This document shows positions 38,560-52,701 of a stretch of DNA of 64,000 nucleotides, piece by piece; position 1 is the first letter of the stretch, and each line of letters starts with the position of its first letter. Position numbers and translations under genes: made by a program. Under the pieces are notes generated by a model. The model was given only the letters and a program-made list of their open reading frames with translations. It was not told the origin of the DNA and ran no database searches. Origin of the DNA: Octopus bimaculoides (lineage: Eukaryota); the NCBI RefSeq assembly GCF_001194135.2, contig NC_068985.1, forward strand, positions 60,915,790 through 60,979,789, given 5' to 3'.

Positions 38560-39660
38560 TAGATGTTTGATGTCAGCATAAAAATGGAGATGAACAAGAA
38601 ATAGAGGGAGTATGTCTCCAACAATTAACAAAGTCATTTTCTGATGAAGAACAAGAATGGACCATTTAGCATAAAGTATTAATTAGTAACATCAGGGAAG
38701 GAGGAGTTGGATGAACTAAAAAACAAAAGACAATCTATAGAACAAAAGTATAGGATTTGGAAGACGCACTGGCCAGTTCAAAGTACAAGGTGAAACGGAG
38801 GAGGAAGAGATAATGACCTGCAACATAGAAGACAAGTAGAGTTTCTACAAGTCCACCTGCAGCAAGACAGACCAACTCTATGGATGGAATAAGGTTCCAG
38901 CCAGATGGAAGATGACATAGTGATGGTATGGTACTAAAAGCCTGAAACTGGCCTGAAAAAATTGAAAGACAGTGGGGAGCAAGCAACAATAATAAGTAGT
39001 GAGAGAGAAAGATGTTCAGGCAGACTTTAGCAAGGAGAGAAGCTAAAAGTAAGAGGTTTACCAATGTCGATAGCTTCTTTTACCTAGGTCACCTAATCAG
39101 AAGTAGAATGGGCATTCCCGAAGAAAAGTAGTTAAATTAAGATAATAACCATCATTATCAACATTTAATGTTTATGTTCCCTGAAGGCAGGGATACTTTG
39201 GATAGATCCAACAGGTCTGTGAACTGTATTATGCTTCAGTATCTGTTTTGGCATAGTTTTGAAGGCTGGAGGTCTGTCTTAATGCCAGCTCTAAGAATGA
39301 GGTGCAAAAAAAATTATTTTTATAAGTGAAGAGCAGATTGTATGATATTTGTGTATGAAGTGGGATGCTGCATGATAGCAAAACATGGGAACTGAATGCA
39401 GAGGAAATGCAGAGGCTGGAGGGAAATGAGGCAAGCATGCCCTGTTATATGTGTAATGTTAGTGTGCATGAATGGAACATAAATGAGCTAAGTGAAAAAC
39501 TGGTATAAAAGGAAAATGATGTAGTGTGAAAGAGAGACTGTGCTGATATGAACAGGTGATGCATAAGAAGGGTGGCAGTCGGATTAAGAAGTACTGAGTA
39601 AAATGGATGGAACCTGTTAAAGCAGAAGACCAAGGAAGTTAAGTGGTGAGAAGCTGTAGC
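38560..39660 (+). mobile_element. Decayed RTE-like fragments
   Basis: GEKL...VDSFFYLGHLI-like segment at ~39030-39110. Segment 39400-39560 is similar to the RTE C-terminus (gcatgccctgttatatgtgtaatgttagtgtgcatg). Boundaries approximate. Confidence 0.45.
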
Positions 39661-41253
39661 AAAGAACACCTATCCGACCCACATATGCATATGGCTGGAT
39701 GGAAATATAAAGATCATTGGTATATTATGTATCAAAAATGACAGTAGTTGAACTTTTGTTTTTTTTACTTTACTTAAAGTTTTCCATATTTTCATAAGAG
39801 TTCCTTGCAGTTTGTCAAACAAAAATATGAAAAAATTATGAAAATGTGTTTTTAATATAGAATATTTAAAAGAGAAGCTCTTTCTTCTTTTCCTTTCATA
39901 TATATATTATATATACCCACACACATCAATAAGAATTATTTTCCTCCCTTCCCCACTAATTGTTTCAGCTTACAGCCATCTCCAAGGTAATTGTTTGTTC
40001 TCCCTACAGGATATTCCATTTACTCTATCACATTTGTACTGACTCATTTCTTTCATTTTTATTTAAAATTTTGGAGGAGACATTTCCTTTTATGTTGTCT
40101 AAGCAGAATTTAGAACTAGCTTCATATCAAGAGCTGTTTGTGTGTGTTTTTATATGGGTAGTCCAAGGGGAGCTTGTAAGTCAAGAAAAAAGCACACCTA
40201 GACACAGTACCAAGAAATACAGTAATTAATATATTTTTAATATGATATCATAAATTTGCATGAAACTGTTTTGTGACATTGCTTGACTGAACAAACTTCT
40301 TAAATGATAATAATGCACTGAGGGTAGTGAGCTAACAGAATTGTTAGCACACTGGCAAAATGCTTAGAGGCATTTCATCCATCTTTACATCCCAAGTTCA
40401 AATTCTGCCGAGATCCANNNNNNNNNNNNNNNNNNNNNNNNNNNNNNNNNNNNNNNNNNNNNNNNNNNNNNNNNNNNNNNNNNNNNNNNNNNNNNNNNNN
40501 NNNNNNNNNNNGGGGTCTAACCCTTTCCTTGAAATTACTTGCCTTGTGCCAAAATTTGAAACCAATTTATAATAACGCATTAATATACGTGAGTGTGTGT
40601 GTGTATCCTTGTCTTGATATCAAGTGATATCCTAGAAGTAATGTCCTCCATTTCCAGTAATCTATGAAGCATATCTGGCCATAGAGAAATACTATCTTAC
40701 TTGGAAATAGAAGGTTGGTGACAGGAAGGGCATCTAGAAATAGAAAATCTGCCTTAATAAAGTTCATCTGACCTATGCAAACATGAAAAAGTGGATGTCA
40801 GAGGAATGATTACACACATACACACAAATATATTCATTCATTCAGTGTTTAATGTTTTTCTATGTTAGATAAAATTTGTTGAATCAGATTTTCTATAGCT
40901 TGATGCTCTTCCAGCCACCCATTCTTGTAAGGTATTTTTTAAAAATACTTTTTCATTTCACTGATCCCTACATATCAAAAGCTGAAACTATGGGACATTT
41001 GCTTAAGAGAATGTAAACAATGACAAATGTTTATTTACCTCAGAAAATATTAACAAGGAAATAAAGAACAACACAATGTGCACATGCGTGGGTGCACGCA
41101 CACACACACACACACACACACACAATGATCTTCTCATGTTCCATTTCCCAGTTATAACCTCAAGGAAATGGTCAACCAGAAACTAAAGTTGAAAACACTT
41201 GTACGAGCTGCCATGCAGAAGGATTGAACCCAAAACCACACAGACAAGCCTGT

Positions 41254-41316
<63 letters not shown>

Positions 41317-42099
41317 GGTCTAAATAACGATCTGTACACATTCCTTAATTTATATCTTGTCTTGTATATCACTCTGTGTAAAAGACCAGTTTAACTGGGA
41401 ATGCAGCCATGGATTGACAACATAAAATGGATGAACTATAATGGAGCCTGCCATAAGCATGTGTGAAGTTCTTTACTAATCCTCAAAAAATTTGTTAGCC
41501 TGGTGCATTTGTATTAACAAAGTGCTTACGAAGTATTTTGCCCAGATCACTAATCTCTCATTATTGAAAACTCTTTATATATCTGGTTTCCATACAGTTT
41601 CCATTTACCAATTCTATTCACAAGCTATTGGTTGACTCAAGGCTGAAGCAGAAGACACTCAAGACACCATGCAGACAGATAGAAGTTGAGACCACTTATG
41701 CACATACATATACATGCAAGTGAGTGAACAAACTAAACAGACTAACATCCAACATCTTTGGTTTGAGTTATATATATCTAATAACAGTTTGACTCAGCTC
41801 CACATTATTTAAAGTTTCATGGATGCAGGACATATACACTTCATTAGATGTTCCAGACAAAATGGAGAGAATTTAAAAGGAATTTTAAATGACTCCTAGG
41901 TATATAGGTCTCTGTTAGTTATTTCAGATCACATGATTGCTTTTGCTCTCTCCATCTTTAATTGTTTATTTGTTTACAGGTAGAACACTACAGAAATCAG
42001 AACATAATGTTTAGCATGGAACTTGGTGTTGGGGTAGAATATGAGTGATGAAAGGAAGACAAATGAGTGATGAATAGAGCACCTGAGTGAAAGTGGAAG

Positions 42100-42560
42100 G
42101 CCAGATGTAGGAAACAGAGGTCACTATAGTAGTAGTAGAAGATACAGAGAGAGAAAACAACACATCTGTGGGTCAGGTGTTAGAGTGTTTTGACACATGA
42201 CTGACAAATCAGTTGAAGGGCTTTGTTCTGGATATAATATAGGACATCTGCAGGTATGTACAGCAGCAACACTGTCCCAAAAGAGGTAGCAGTACTCCAT
42301 TGTAGGTTTCACCTCATCTTTGTAGGGTTTTAACAGTTACTAGGGGCTGAAATATTTTCTGGCTCTGAAGATCCAGTGGTTGTGGCCTTCCTCAGACGTT
42401 TTTGCTATGTTGAGAACATGAAATCACTTGGAGACACTATGAGATAGAATTTGCAGTGATTCAGAGGATTCAGGTGACCTAACGAAGATCCATGTGATTG
42501 TAAAGTGAACTTCTTAACCTGATGGTCAGGTCTGAACTCACATTGGTTGTATCCTATGTA
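42100..42560 (-). mobile_element. Decayed CR1/Jockey-group LINE fragment (post-RT region)
   Basis: ESLQIL...HVLNIAKT...IFRARKYFSP**LLKPYKDEVKPTMEYC. A related fragment (NDQNLDRISEAG) is on the plus strand at ~61805-62030. Confidence 0.55.
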
Positions 42561-43524
42561 CTGTAGTGTTGCTGGTAGAACTTGGATTATGAAGAAGGGA
42601 TGCATTTAGGCTGTCAGGAAACAAATTTCTTGCAGATCAGTGTATGGTTGGTGACTAATGTAGGGTTGGTGATTAATGTACAATTGTGATTAAGGTATGA
42701 TTGGTGGTTAAAGTAGGGTTGTTGACTAGCAAGGATGTGTAGAAGTGTAACAAAGGATGGATGCCTGTAATACCTCATTCAAGATAATACAGATTGTTGT
42801 CATATTATTTTACAATAAGTAAACCTAACAAGTTGTGAGCTTCTACTTCAAAGTTGCCTTGTTTGGTGAGCTTCTTTACAAGACATAGTCACCTATAACA
42901 AGTAACTAGTACATATTAGTTATCCATCACTTAAATAGTTGAGATATTTTGACTAACTAGAAAGTCTCAATCCTTTCAAGCTCTAGTATTATTGACATTA
43001 AGTATAACCTATTTCATTACATGATACAGCTAACCTGGTTGTACACTTCTAGTGGTACAACTGACTGATTTTCATCCAGAAGAGAAAATTGTTCAATCTG
43101 AAACTATTTTTTGCATCAAATCATCCAGCCATAAAAGCACTGCTAACAAACATCAGGAAATGGATATAAAATCAGCCAACCACCAAACCATGGCTAACAC
43201 TAATAAACATCAGGAAATGGCTGTAAAAATATTCAAAATATTATCTGAAAAAATCCTATCATTATTATGTCTAATTGGTAAATGATAAATACAGGAGTTA
43301 AAGAAACTAGTCTTTAGTTCTATTTTTTGCCTTTTTTTAAGAACTAGAATTAACTTAGAACTTATTTGATATATCCAGATGCAAACAATACAAACATGCA
43401 ATAGAGCCCAGTCATGGTGACAGCGGAGAGCAGATAATTTCAATAACAGTAATTTACTATGTCACAAACTGATTCGTTCAATTCTAGATAGCGTGTGTGC
43501 ATGCATGCACACACACATACACAC

Positions 43525-43915
43525 ACTATCATTGTTTTAATGTTCGCTTTTTCATGCATGAGTCAGATGGAATTTGTAGAAACATATTTTCTATGGTTGG
43601 ATGCCTTTCCTGTTGTCAACCCTCACCTATTTTCAAGTAAGCTAATATTTTCCCTGGTCTGGATATGTTTCCACAGAAAACTAGAAATGAATGACACTGC
43701 TAGTATGAAACTGGCACTCACTTGTAACTATTATGTAATGTCTAGACAAGGACACACACACACACACATAGACCTGACAGGCATCTTTCAGTTTCCATTT
43801 AGCAAATCCACTTGGTTTTGGTCCACCTGGGGCCATAACAGAAAATGCTTGACCAACGTGCCATGCAGTGACACTGAACCCCCAAACCATGTGGCTGGGA
43901 AGTGAACTTTCTGAA
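43525..43915 (-). mobile_element. SINE family C copy
   Basis: Same architecture as 1385-1765. Confidence 0.7.
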
Positions 43916-45753
43916 TCACTGTGTTTCAACAGGATACCTGTGTTTCAACAAGATCACTGTGTGGTTCAGAGAACAGATGTCTAATCTAGATAATTCTGCA
44001 TAAAAAAGATATATGATCTTGAGAAAGAACTACTATCTCTGGCAAAAATATAGACAAAAATTCTCAGAGGAAGACATCATGACAGACAATACTCTGAATT
44101 TTTCCATCTTGATAAATAAGATATTTATTTGATTTCCAATAGATGAACATACAACATATGTTTCCTTAATACTCATTACGTAACTGATATTTAAAGAAAA
44201 AAAATATTTGAAGTTATTGACAGAAATTAATAGAGGCAAAGAGATGAAGATTTTGTTAATTTTTTAAGGGAATAGAATTTGGTTGCTGTTGATATGAAAT
44301 GACAGCAAAAAGTCAGAAAAGGAATTATTGTTTAAATTTGGAATGGAAATAAAAGAATAAACATTTTCCAATGAATACTACAGCTAAAATATTTTCAGGT
44401 TCAATTCTTTGAACAGTTCAAGCATAGCTGTATAGTTAACAAGTCTGCTCCCAACTATATGATTTTGAGTTTGGCCCCACAGCATAGAATCAGAATCATT
44501 GGCAAGTATCTTTTACTATAGCCCTGCATCAACCAAAGCATTCTAACTGGGTTTGGAAGATAGAAACTGAAAGAAGCCCATTGTGTGTGAGTGTGTGTAC
44601 ATATCATATATATATATATATATATATGGAAACATTTTGAACTTTGAAGTGGATGTATGAACAGAAATATACCTAGCATCGGAAGTGAACCAGGCTCCAA
44701 GGAACTGGAAGAAATAATGGCTAAAATTGTCTAACTTTTATTACAGATTTACTAATATTTATACAAGGTGACAAATATTTTTCAATTCAATTGAAATATA
44801 TGCAGTAGCAATCAGGGTATAGATCCAAATAAATGGGAAAAGAAAACTTCAATATGACATGAATCAACAATACATGTTGTTTGCAGAAGTTTGGTTTGCG
44901 ATTTTTGAGTAAATCAGTTCTAGACAAACAAACATGCACTCCCAAATATGTAGAGAGATTACACAGTCTAACTACATCAGTAACTAGCTATTCTACTGAA
45001 TTTTAATAGACAAACATATAGATTTTTCTTGAATGTTCCAACATATATTAACATATGTTCTATCGTAAATAATGATGCTTTATAAAAACAAATATCAGAA
45101 AACAGAGAAAAAAAACAGGAATTAGTTTTTAAATACTTAAAGTGAGACTGTTTAAATGAAAGTAAATGGGCTGTTACTTTATATTTTTGCTGATTGAGAG
45201 TAGTGTGCCAGACTAAGAATCTCCTAATAGATCTCAGTTCTCATGTTCTAAGACTTCAAGAAATCACAGGCCAACTTTGATCTCTGTTTCTCAAGAGTTG
45301 ATAAAAATAATTTGACAAAAATAAGAACAAAATCTCTCCTCTCACTCCAAGAATAATTTGCCATATGCCGTGAGCAACAGAAATCTTTGTGCCCTTTCAC
45401 TGTGGAAGTTCAGAACAAGATAAAGGGCAGATAAATTAAACAGGAATCCTACTTAAGCCCTTACCTTTTGTTCTTCCATAACCTTTTTCAATTTGAAAAG
45501 GTTACTCCTGATTAAATGTTTACTGGGGCTTTTTATAACTACCAGAGGAATGAATTCTGTGCTTCACTCTCTTTAGTCTTGTTAGAAGCACCATAATCTC
45601 ATTACTGGTAGTAGTAATTAGCTGTCTTTCCAGTAGCTAAATACATAAATTTAATATTAGTGATCAGACACAAATACATACAGCCCTAACTAACCTGGTT
45701 AATTAATTTAAACTATTATATATGCATATATGTGTGTGTGTGTGTGTGTGTTA

Positions 45754-45784
<31 letters not shown>

Positions 45785-45919
45785 CAAAGAAAATAACTAG
45801 TATATACATGTAAATATTAAATAAAAGTCAGAACTCTATAATGTTAAATCCTGTACCCTATGTGCACCAAGTAGGGATCTGATTCACAATAGAAACATCA
45901 CAAAGTCAGTGAACATGTG

Positions 45920-45956
<37 letters not shown>

Positions 45957-45966
45957 NNNNNNNNNN

Positions 45967-46000
<34 letters not shown>

Positions 46001-46458
46001 ACACACACATATACGATGCGCTTCTTTCAGTTCCTACTTACAAAGCTTTGGTTGGCATGAGGATATAGTAGAAGACACATGCTTAAGATGTCGCATAATG
46101 GGACTGAACCTGAAGCCATATAGTTAGGAAGCAAACTTTACATTACACGGCCTCTTCTGCACAATCAGGGATAAGACACCTGACGATGACTGACAATGAA
46201 ACCGATTGAAATATAGTATTGATGTAAAAACTGATAAAAGTTTTATCTCTAAAAGTGAAAGATGATAATGCAGACAAGGGCAATATATTTATAATCACCA
46301 TGTAATTAAGACATAATACAGTCAGGGAAGTTTATTAACACAAAGAGCTAATTAACACTAATATCCAACATAATAAGCATTGAAGACCTACCAAAGAAGA
46401 GATGAGAACTAAACCAAAGAAATATAAAATAAGTCTTCAAATATTTATCTTGACAATA

Positions 46459-47624
46459 TGAAGGTGGGCTGAAAAGTTCATTAGCTGACAATGAAGGAGT
46501 GATGTTAGAGCTGTGAAATCTTGCATGCATTAATTTCAACTCTTATTAATATCTGCATGGTTTCTTTCCAGGTAAACTGGCATTTCACTATTCAAAGAAG
46601 TCTTCAAAAATAACTAGTAGTGATTCCTCTTGAAAATGGATAAAATTTGGCATCCTCATGTTATCAAGTACCTGCAGAAAAAGGGTTTAGCCCCCCCAAG
46701 GACTTTCATGCTGACATGGTTGCTATATTAAAGGGTAATACTCCAGTTTTATCAGCAGTGCAAAAGGGGGAAGCTGAAGGGAGAGTTTGGAAATGATCCA
46801 ACAACTAGACATCCTGACATTGATTGTGTTCACCACATGTTGATGGATGACAAGCGATTGACTATAAATCAAATAACCAATGCTATTTGCGTTTCCCATG
46901 AGAGAGTTAAGAATATTCCACACAATGAACTTGGCATGATGATGCTTTCTGCTTGGTGGGTGCCATGTCTGCCACATCTTCTGACACCTGATCAAAAGCA
47001 CTCTGAGCTTGTCACATCATGAAAAAATCTGACATTGTTTTAGGCAGATCCAGCAGGTTTGCTTCAATGTTTACTAACCCAGGATGAGTGTTGGGTTCAT
47101 CACTTTGAGCTACAGACAAAAAGACAATCCATGCAGTGGAAACACCCCTCCTCACCTGCTCCAAAGAAGGCCAAGATTGTTTTATCAGCAGGGAAGGTAA
47201 TGACCTCAATTTTTTGGAATGCAAAAGGCATTGTGTTTATTGATTATTTTCAAAAGGGCCGCAACATCAAGGAAAAGTACTATGCCATCTTGCTGAGACA
47301 ATCACAAAGGGCTATCAAGACTGTGTGACTGTGGCTTTGAACTGGTTGATCACACTCCCTGTTCTGATTTGGCCCCATCTGACTATCACCTGTTCTCCAA
47401 CATGAAAAAAAATACTTGTCTGGGAACCAATATCACAGTGATAATGATGCCATATTTGCTATTGACTTCTTTGACCAACAGAATGAAAGTTTTTTCACTA
47501 ACAGGATCCAAGCACAGCAAAAGTGTGTGGGCCGCAAGAGAGACAATGTTGAAAAAATAAGCCTCATTTAGTAACATTCAATAAGAGTATTTTGGTCAGT
47601 CTGTGATATACCAGCTGACTCTGG
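46459..47624 (+). mobile_element. Mariner-type DNA transposon remnant with diverged TIRs and TA flanks
   Basis: MDKIWHPHVIKYLQKKGL...; TQDECWVHHFELQTKRQSMQWKHPSSPAPKKAK...GKVMTSIFWNAKGIVFIDY; deletion of the second-Asp region at ~47325; ...DLAPSDYHLF. TA at 46457-58 and 47625-26. Confidence 0.8.
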
Positions 47625-48172
47625 TATATCAAGTAGCTCTATATTTGTAAGAAATAATTTGAAAGAAAGGATAGACGGTCCTTATAAGAGCAGTATTCAT
47701 ATCAGAATTGGTTAAGACTATTCTTTCTGCTGGTGTCATGCTACATTGAAGATTAAAGAGAGAGAGAAAGTGAGGTGAGGAGAGAAAATAGAGAAGGGTG
47801 AAGAGAAAGAGAGAGATGTCATAGATATATAATGCAAATAATGTTTTTCCAAAAAATCAAAGCTACATAACTTTTGATTTGATAACATAAATACAATTTG
47901 CATCTGCCATTCCTAAACTCACTAGACCCAGAGATCCATGAAGTATGAGTGACCTCCCTCTTCCAATCACACACAACCATACTATCAAATTTTATAATTG
48001 TTGGTGGTCAAAAACAAATAACATCTTTATTATGAACACACACACCCATGAAAAATACAAGCGTGATAAACATTCATTTAATTGTGACATACTGCATTGT
48101 GAGGGGTTAATTCAATAAAATATGTTCTTTGTAATCATTTATAAATAAAATAATAAACACATTCAGACAGTA

Positions 48173-48227
<55 letters not shown>

Positions 48228-48295
48228 CTATCATACACACACACATATTGTTGACATTATAAGAATTTTATAAACTTTTGAGAAAATGAAAATTG

Positions 48296-48439
48296 TTTTT
48301 GGAATCTTGGATCTTGAGGCACATCAAATAAAGCAATGAGTAATAACATGTAAATAATGCTTTTGGATTTCGACCCATAATTTATTTGCTATTCTTTATA
48401 GCTTTATGTGATGTGCCTCAAGATCCAATGTTCCAAAAA
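48296..48439. repeat. Fold-back (MITE-like) inverted repeat
   Basis: Outer 30 bp are 28/30 complementary (48297-48326 versus 48409-48438); arms extend imperfectly to ~63 bp around a ~16-nt loop. Confidence 0.75.
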
Positions 48440-48732
48440 AGACACACATACACACGGAGCTATATGAAAAGCTTAACTATTAATGTATATTTCAACTGAT
48501 TATTCACCAAACTAAATAAACTGTCAGTATTTCTATGAAATGCAGATATAGTCAGAGTAGCACAGCAGTTAAATAATTTTGGGGTTTACACCAGAGAGAC
48601 AGAAAACCAGCTTTTGAGATATACTGCTAGTTAAATAAATGTGTGTGTGTATGTATACCACTACATCACCACTGCTGTCATCATCATTATATGTACAGAG
48701 ACATATACACTCACATAATTACTGTGTATATA

Positions 48733-48773
<41 letters not shown>

Positions 48774-51700
48774 CTATCTATCTAATGTGTGAGTGTGTGT
48801 GTATGGTGTGTGTGGGGGGGCAACAGTTCTTTTTCTTGTGGAAAACACAACAGTGCCTTGATTGTATCCTTTTTCATATCTTCACATGAGTTCCTTTTTG
48901 TATGTTTGGGAGAGTAAAGTTTCTAAATATATCACCAATGTTTCCAGACATTCACATTCACCACTTCAGGATGAGGTAATGTTAGAATGTGTTGCTGTGT
49001 CTTTATAGAAGGCAAGGCCAATGTGATTGGTGTAGACATTACTACCACAATTTGAATTTTGACTGTTAGATTTACATGTCATCGGCCAGCTGCTCAATAA
49101 GGAAACTCTCATTTCTTACTACAATGAAAGACAATCCATCTCAGCACATATTTATGAAACAGTAAACATACACAAACAAAAACAACACCCTCAAAGCCAT
49201 AATTCTCAAATTGATTCACCAACAAACAAGATTCCTAAATAAGTAAACAATTAAGCTGAGAAAGATATAGAATACAGTCAACCAAAGAGTTCCTACACAT
49301 CTGAGAAATCAGTAAACTTGGCAACATTTCCACCTTAAAAATAGAAAGGCTGCTTCCTAATGTTCCGGTAGTCTAAAACTTATTTGAATGACATGATTTT
49401 CCATCCTATAGCCCCATACATTTTGAATGAGGATATGGAATAGATGGGATTCTTTCAGTTTTAAGCTGTTGTATTTGGTCTTAAGCCAGAAAGGAGACTG
49501 TAGAAACTTTAGCTTCATGCAATGACTCTTAGACCAAGGATTTTCATAGCTTTTAATGCCAGTCCCTTCCACCAAGGCCCTAATTTTTAGAACAATATGC
49601 ACATAAATAAGAACTTCCAGTCCAAGAGCTATCAAATGTTTAGTATAATCAGTTGTTTTTATGTCAGAGATCTGTTAAAACCACTGGGGGAGAAATCTGT
49701 ACATACTTTGATATTTGTCTATCCTAAGGTACTACATATATCACATATATAGCTTCTAAAATAGTAAGTCTATTTGATACCATATTTATTAGGGAATACA
49801 CTAATTATATATTTTAATCAATTTTGAAAATAATGGGAGAAAATCAATGTTTAGAACATAATTTTACAAATAATTATGATGGAAGGTTTTTAATATAATT
49901 ATGAACACTTCAGAAAGGGTAAACTTCTATACAGAATCAAAGTTGGTATCAGGTGGGTTGATATTACAGTATCTATGGGATATATTTTTTCTTTTACTTT
50001 TGTTTTTATACAACAACTTCTCAAGACAAAACTGTGCTAAAAGTGTGTGAAGTCAGTTATAATTAGGTGTTGGTATACAGGGTTATCTTCCCATAACCTT
50101 GAAATTTTGGGTGGTTGGTGTTAGTCTCAATCACAGTCATTGGGTGGGAGTCAAATTATTTCATCAGTGAAGCTGAAATTCTTTCAGACTCAAAACAGTG
50201 GATAGCATTAAATGCATGGCACCTTTAGGCATGAGGAAACATTCCTACTTACCAAAACAATTAATGGTGTGCGTGTGTGTGTGCTTGCGCACGCGTGTGT
50301 GTAAACAAAACAGATGCACAAAAGGAAATCAAATATGCAGGACAGTGAATATCTGGATATACAAGGGAGATGGATTAAGTGGACATAGAAAACAAATGGA
50401 CTAACTGGATACACTTGACAAATGAATTAATGGATCAATGGGATATAGTGAACACAACTGGATATACAAATTGTGTGGATTAACTAGATATAGAGGATTA
50501 ACTGTACAGCAGGACATATGGATTTATTGCTGAATATAGAAGACATGGAACGTGTTATGAGATGTGATATTCAGAAGACATGAAATATACAACAGCTGAA
50601 CATTAGAGAATTTGTATGAAATAAATGTGGAGAATCCAGGAAGTGCAGAAGGGGTTGACATAGGAAATACATGAAATATGGGGGAAGGGGACTTATATGA
50701 GAGAAATATGAAATACATGATATATAATAACTGGACTGGATATAGTTCAATATATGTAAAGATGAATATTTAATTATGTAAACTACATTAAGCATCTACC
50801 TACATAGAGGTATATGAATTTTGAATAGCTTGGGTGCATAACATGAAGGATGGACAAACAAATATTGCTAGACATATAGAAATTCCATGAAGAGTAGACA
50901 TAAAGATGCTATATAAAGGGTGAGTGTTGCACACATGCTATATAAGGAATGAACATACAAACATTACAGGAGAGCAGGAGATTCAGAAATTATATAAAAA
51001 CTGGATATACAGAGGTTGTTCTATGAAATTTAGTCATTAATAAAAACAGTAATATATAAAGGCTTGTCACATAGAGGTAGATAATAACTTAATACTTGGA
51101 CATTACATAATGTCTGGCTAGTCAGGAATAAAATTGGAATTAACAGTAAAGAATTTTACCTGAATAAAGAGCTGAAAATCTTGGATGAATCCATGAAATA
51201 AAATAACTTGAGTTTAGAATATTGTGAATAACAATGAGATTGTTTCCAATGTTGGTATAGATTATTGTGGGTAATGTGGAGTAACCTCTGATTAGTTCAG
51301 CAGCTACTCCTCAAACACTAAGGAGCAGCAATAATAGTTAGAGATGTCTGGAGGGTCAGGCATCTTCTTCATGTGTTTAGCATTTTGACAGAGAAGCAAC
51401 AGATAACTTCCTTTTTATTATGGGGGAGGGACTAAGTTTTAAGAATCATGGTTCCTATTTCAAAGGTAGTATGAAAGATTTAGCTGCTACAGAGAGTTGT
51501 CTTAGAATTACTGGTGTTTGTTGTGAATGGTAGTGGGAACTGTGTTATCTGACGATCATTAATATATATTAATGACATCTAATATAGGATAAAATTTTCA
51601 AAAAATTTTATCAGTGGCCAGCATATTAAAAAATACCTTTTAAGGTGAAAAATTATAAATAAGTTTATAAGTTGTATATATTAATGATATATATATACAT

Positions 51701-52670
51701 CAGTGTATATATGCGCTGTTGCTTGTTTATAAGAGATGTTGATGACAGCAGCACCAGGGAAAATTATAAGGGAACCTGGAAGAAGCACTTTTACCAAAAT
51801 AAATAAAAACATGTTTTCTCTCTCTCTCTCTCTCTCCCCCTCCCTCTCTCTCTCTCCTTATCACACAACAAAATATTGCTTTATCTCACTGTACCCAACG
51901 CAATGTCCTGGGACCAGGTGTGTTAGGGACCAGAGGGCAGCCACCCCAGTTATCACATAAAGTCAAGAGATAGCCATCTTTGAAGCAGACCAGATGTTGC
52001 CAGTATAGTGGGGTGGGTTAGAGGCAGGGAAGAGTAGATATAAAAAGAAAGTAGGAGGTAAAAATAAATGTCTCCTTCAAGCCATGCCTACACACTCCCC
52101 AACCATGCCTGTTCCCCTAAACTACTTTCACTAGCCCTCTCCTCCCACCTCTTATACAGGGCTTGCTACCTACCTCTTTATGCACCATTCACACTCACAG
52201 ATTTAGACAAGTTACAGACCCACCACCATCACCATAGCCATACCACAACATAAATAAAGTTACTGGTCATGATGGTGGTGGTGGTGGTAGAGAGACAGAG
52301 AGAAAGACAGGAAGGTAGGAGATAAGGTGACTGAGACAGAGAGAAAATGGAAGGGGTGGCAGACATAAAAAAAAAAAAACAAGTTGAAATCAGAGCAGAG
52401 ACAAGTGTATGCAGTGGGGAAGAGAGATGGGAGGGACACCAAAGGTGAGGGGGGAGCTGATGGTAGTGAGGAAGGGAAGTGGGGGGGGAGTATTGTTAAA
52501 GTAGAAAAGTGAAATTCATTCATTCATTGAACATATGGAAAGTTACAGGAGGTAAAAGGGAGAAAAATGGTAAAATTATGAGGAAGAGGGGCAGTGAAGG
52601 GAGGAGAATAGAATTGACTTGCTGGAGTTAAAGGGACCCATGCGCCCATGTGTGTGTGTATGTGCATGTA

Positions 52671-52701
<31 letters not shown>

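Noticed and set aside
43052-43285. Plus-strand ORF with a duplicated NKHQEM motif
   Set aside because: Explained by a short local duplication (aaacatcaggaaatgg twice); no splice or homology support.
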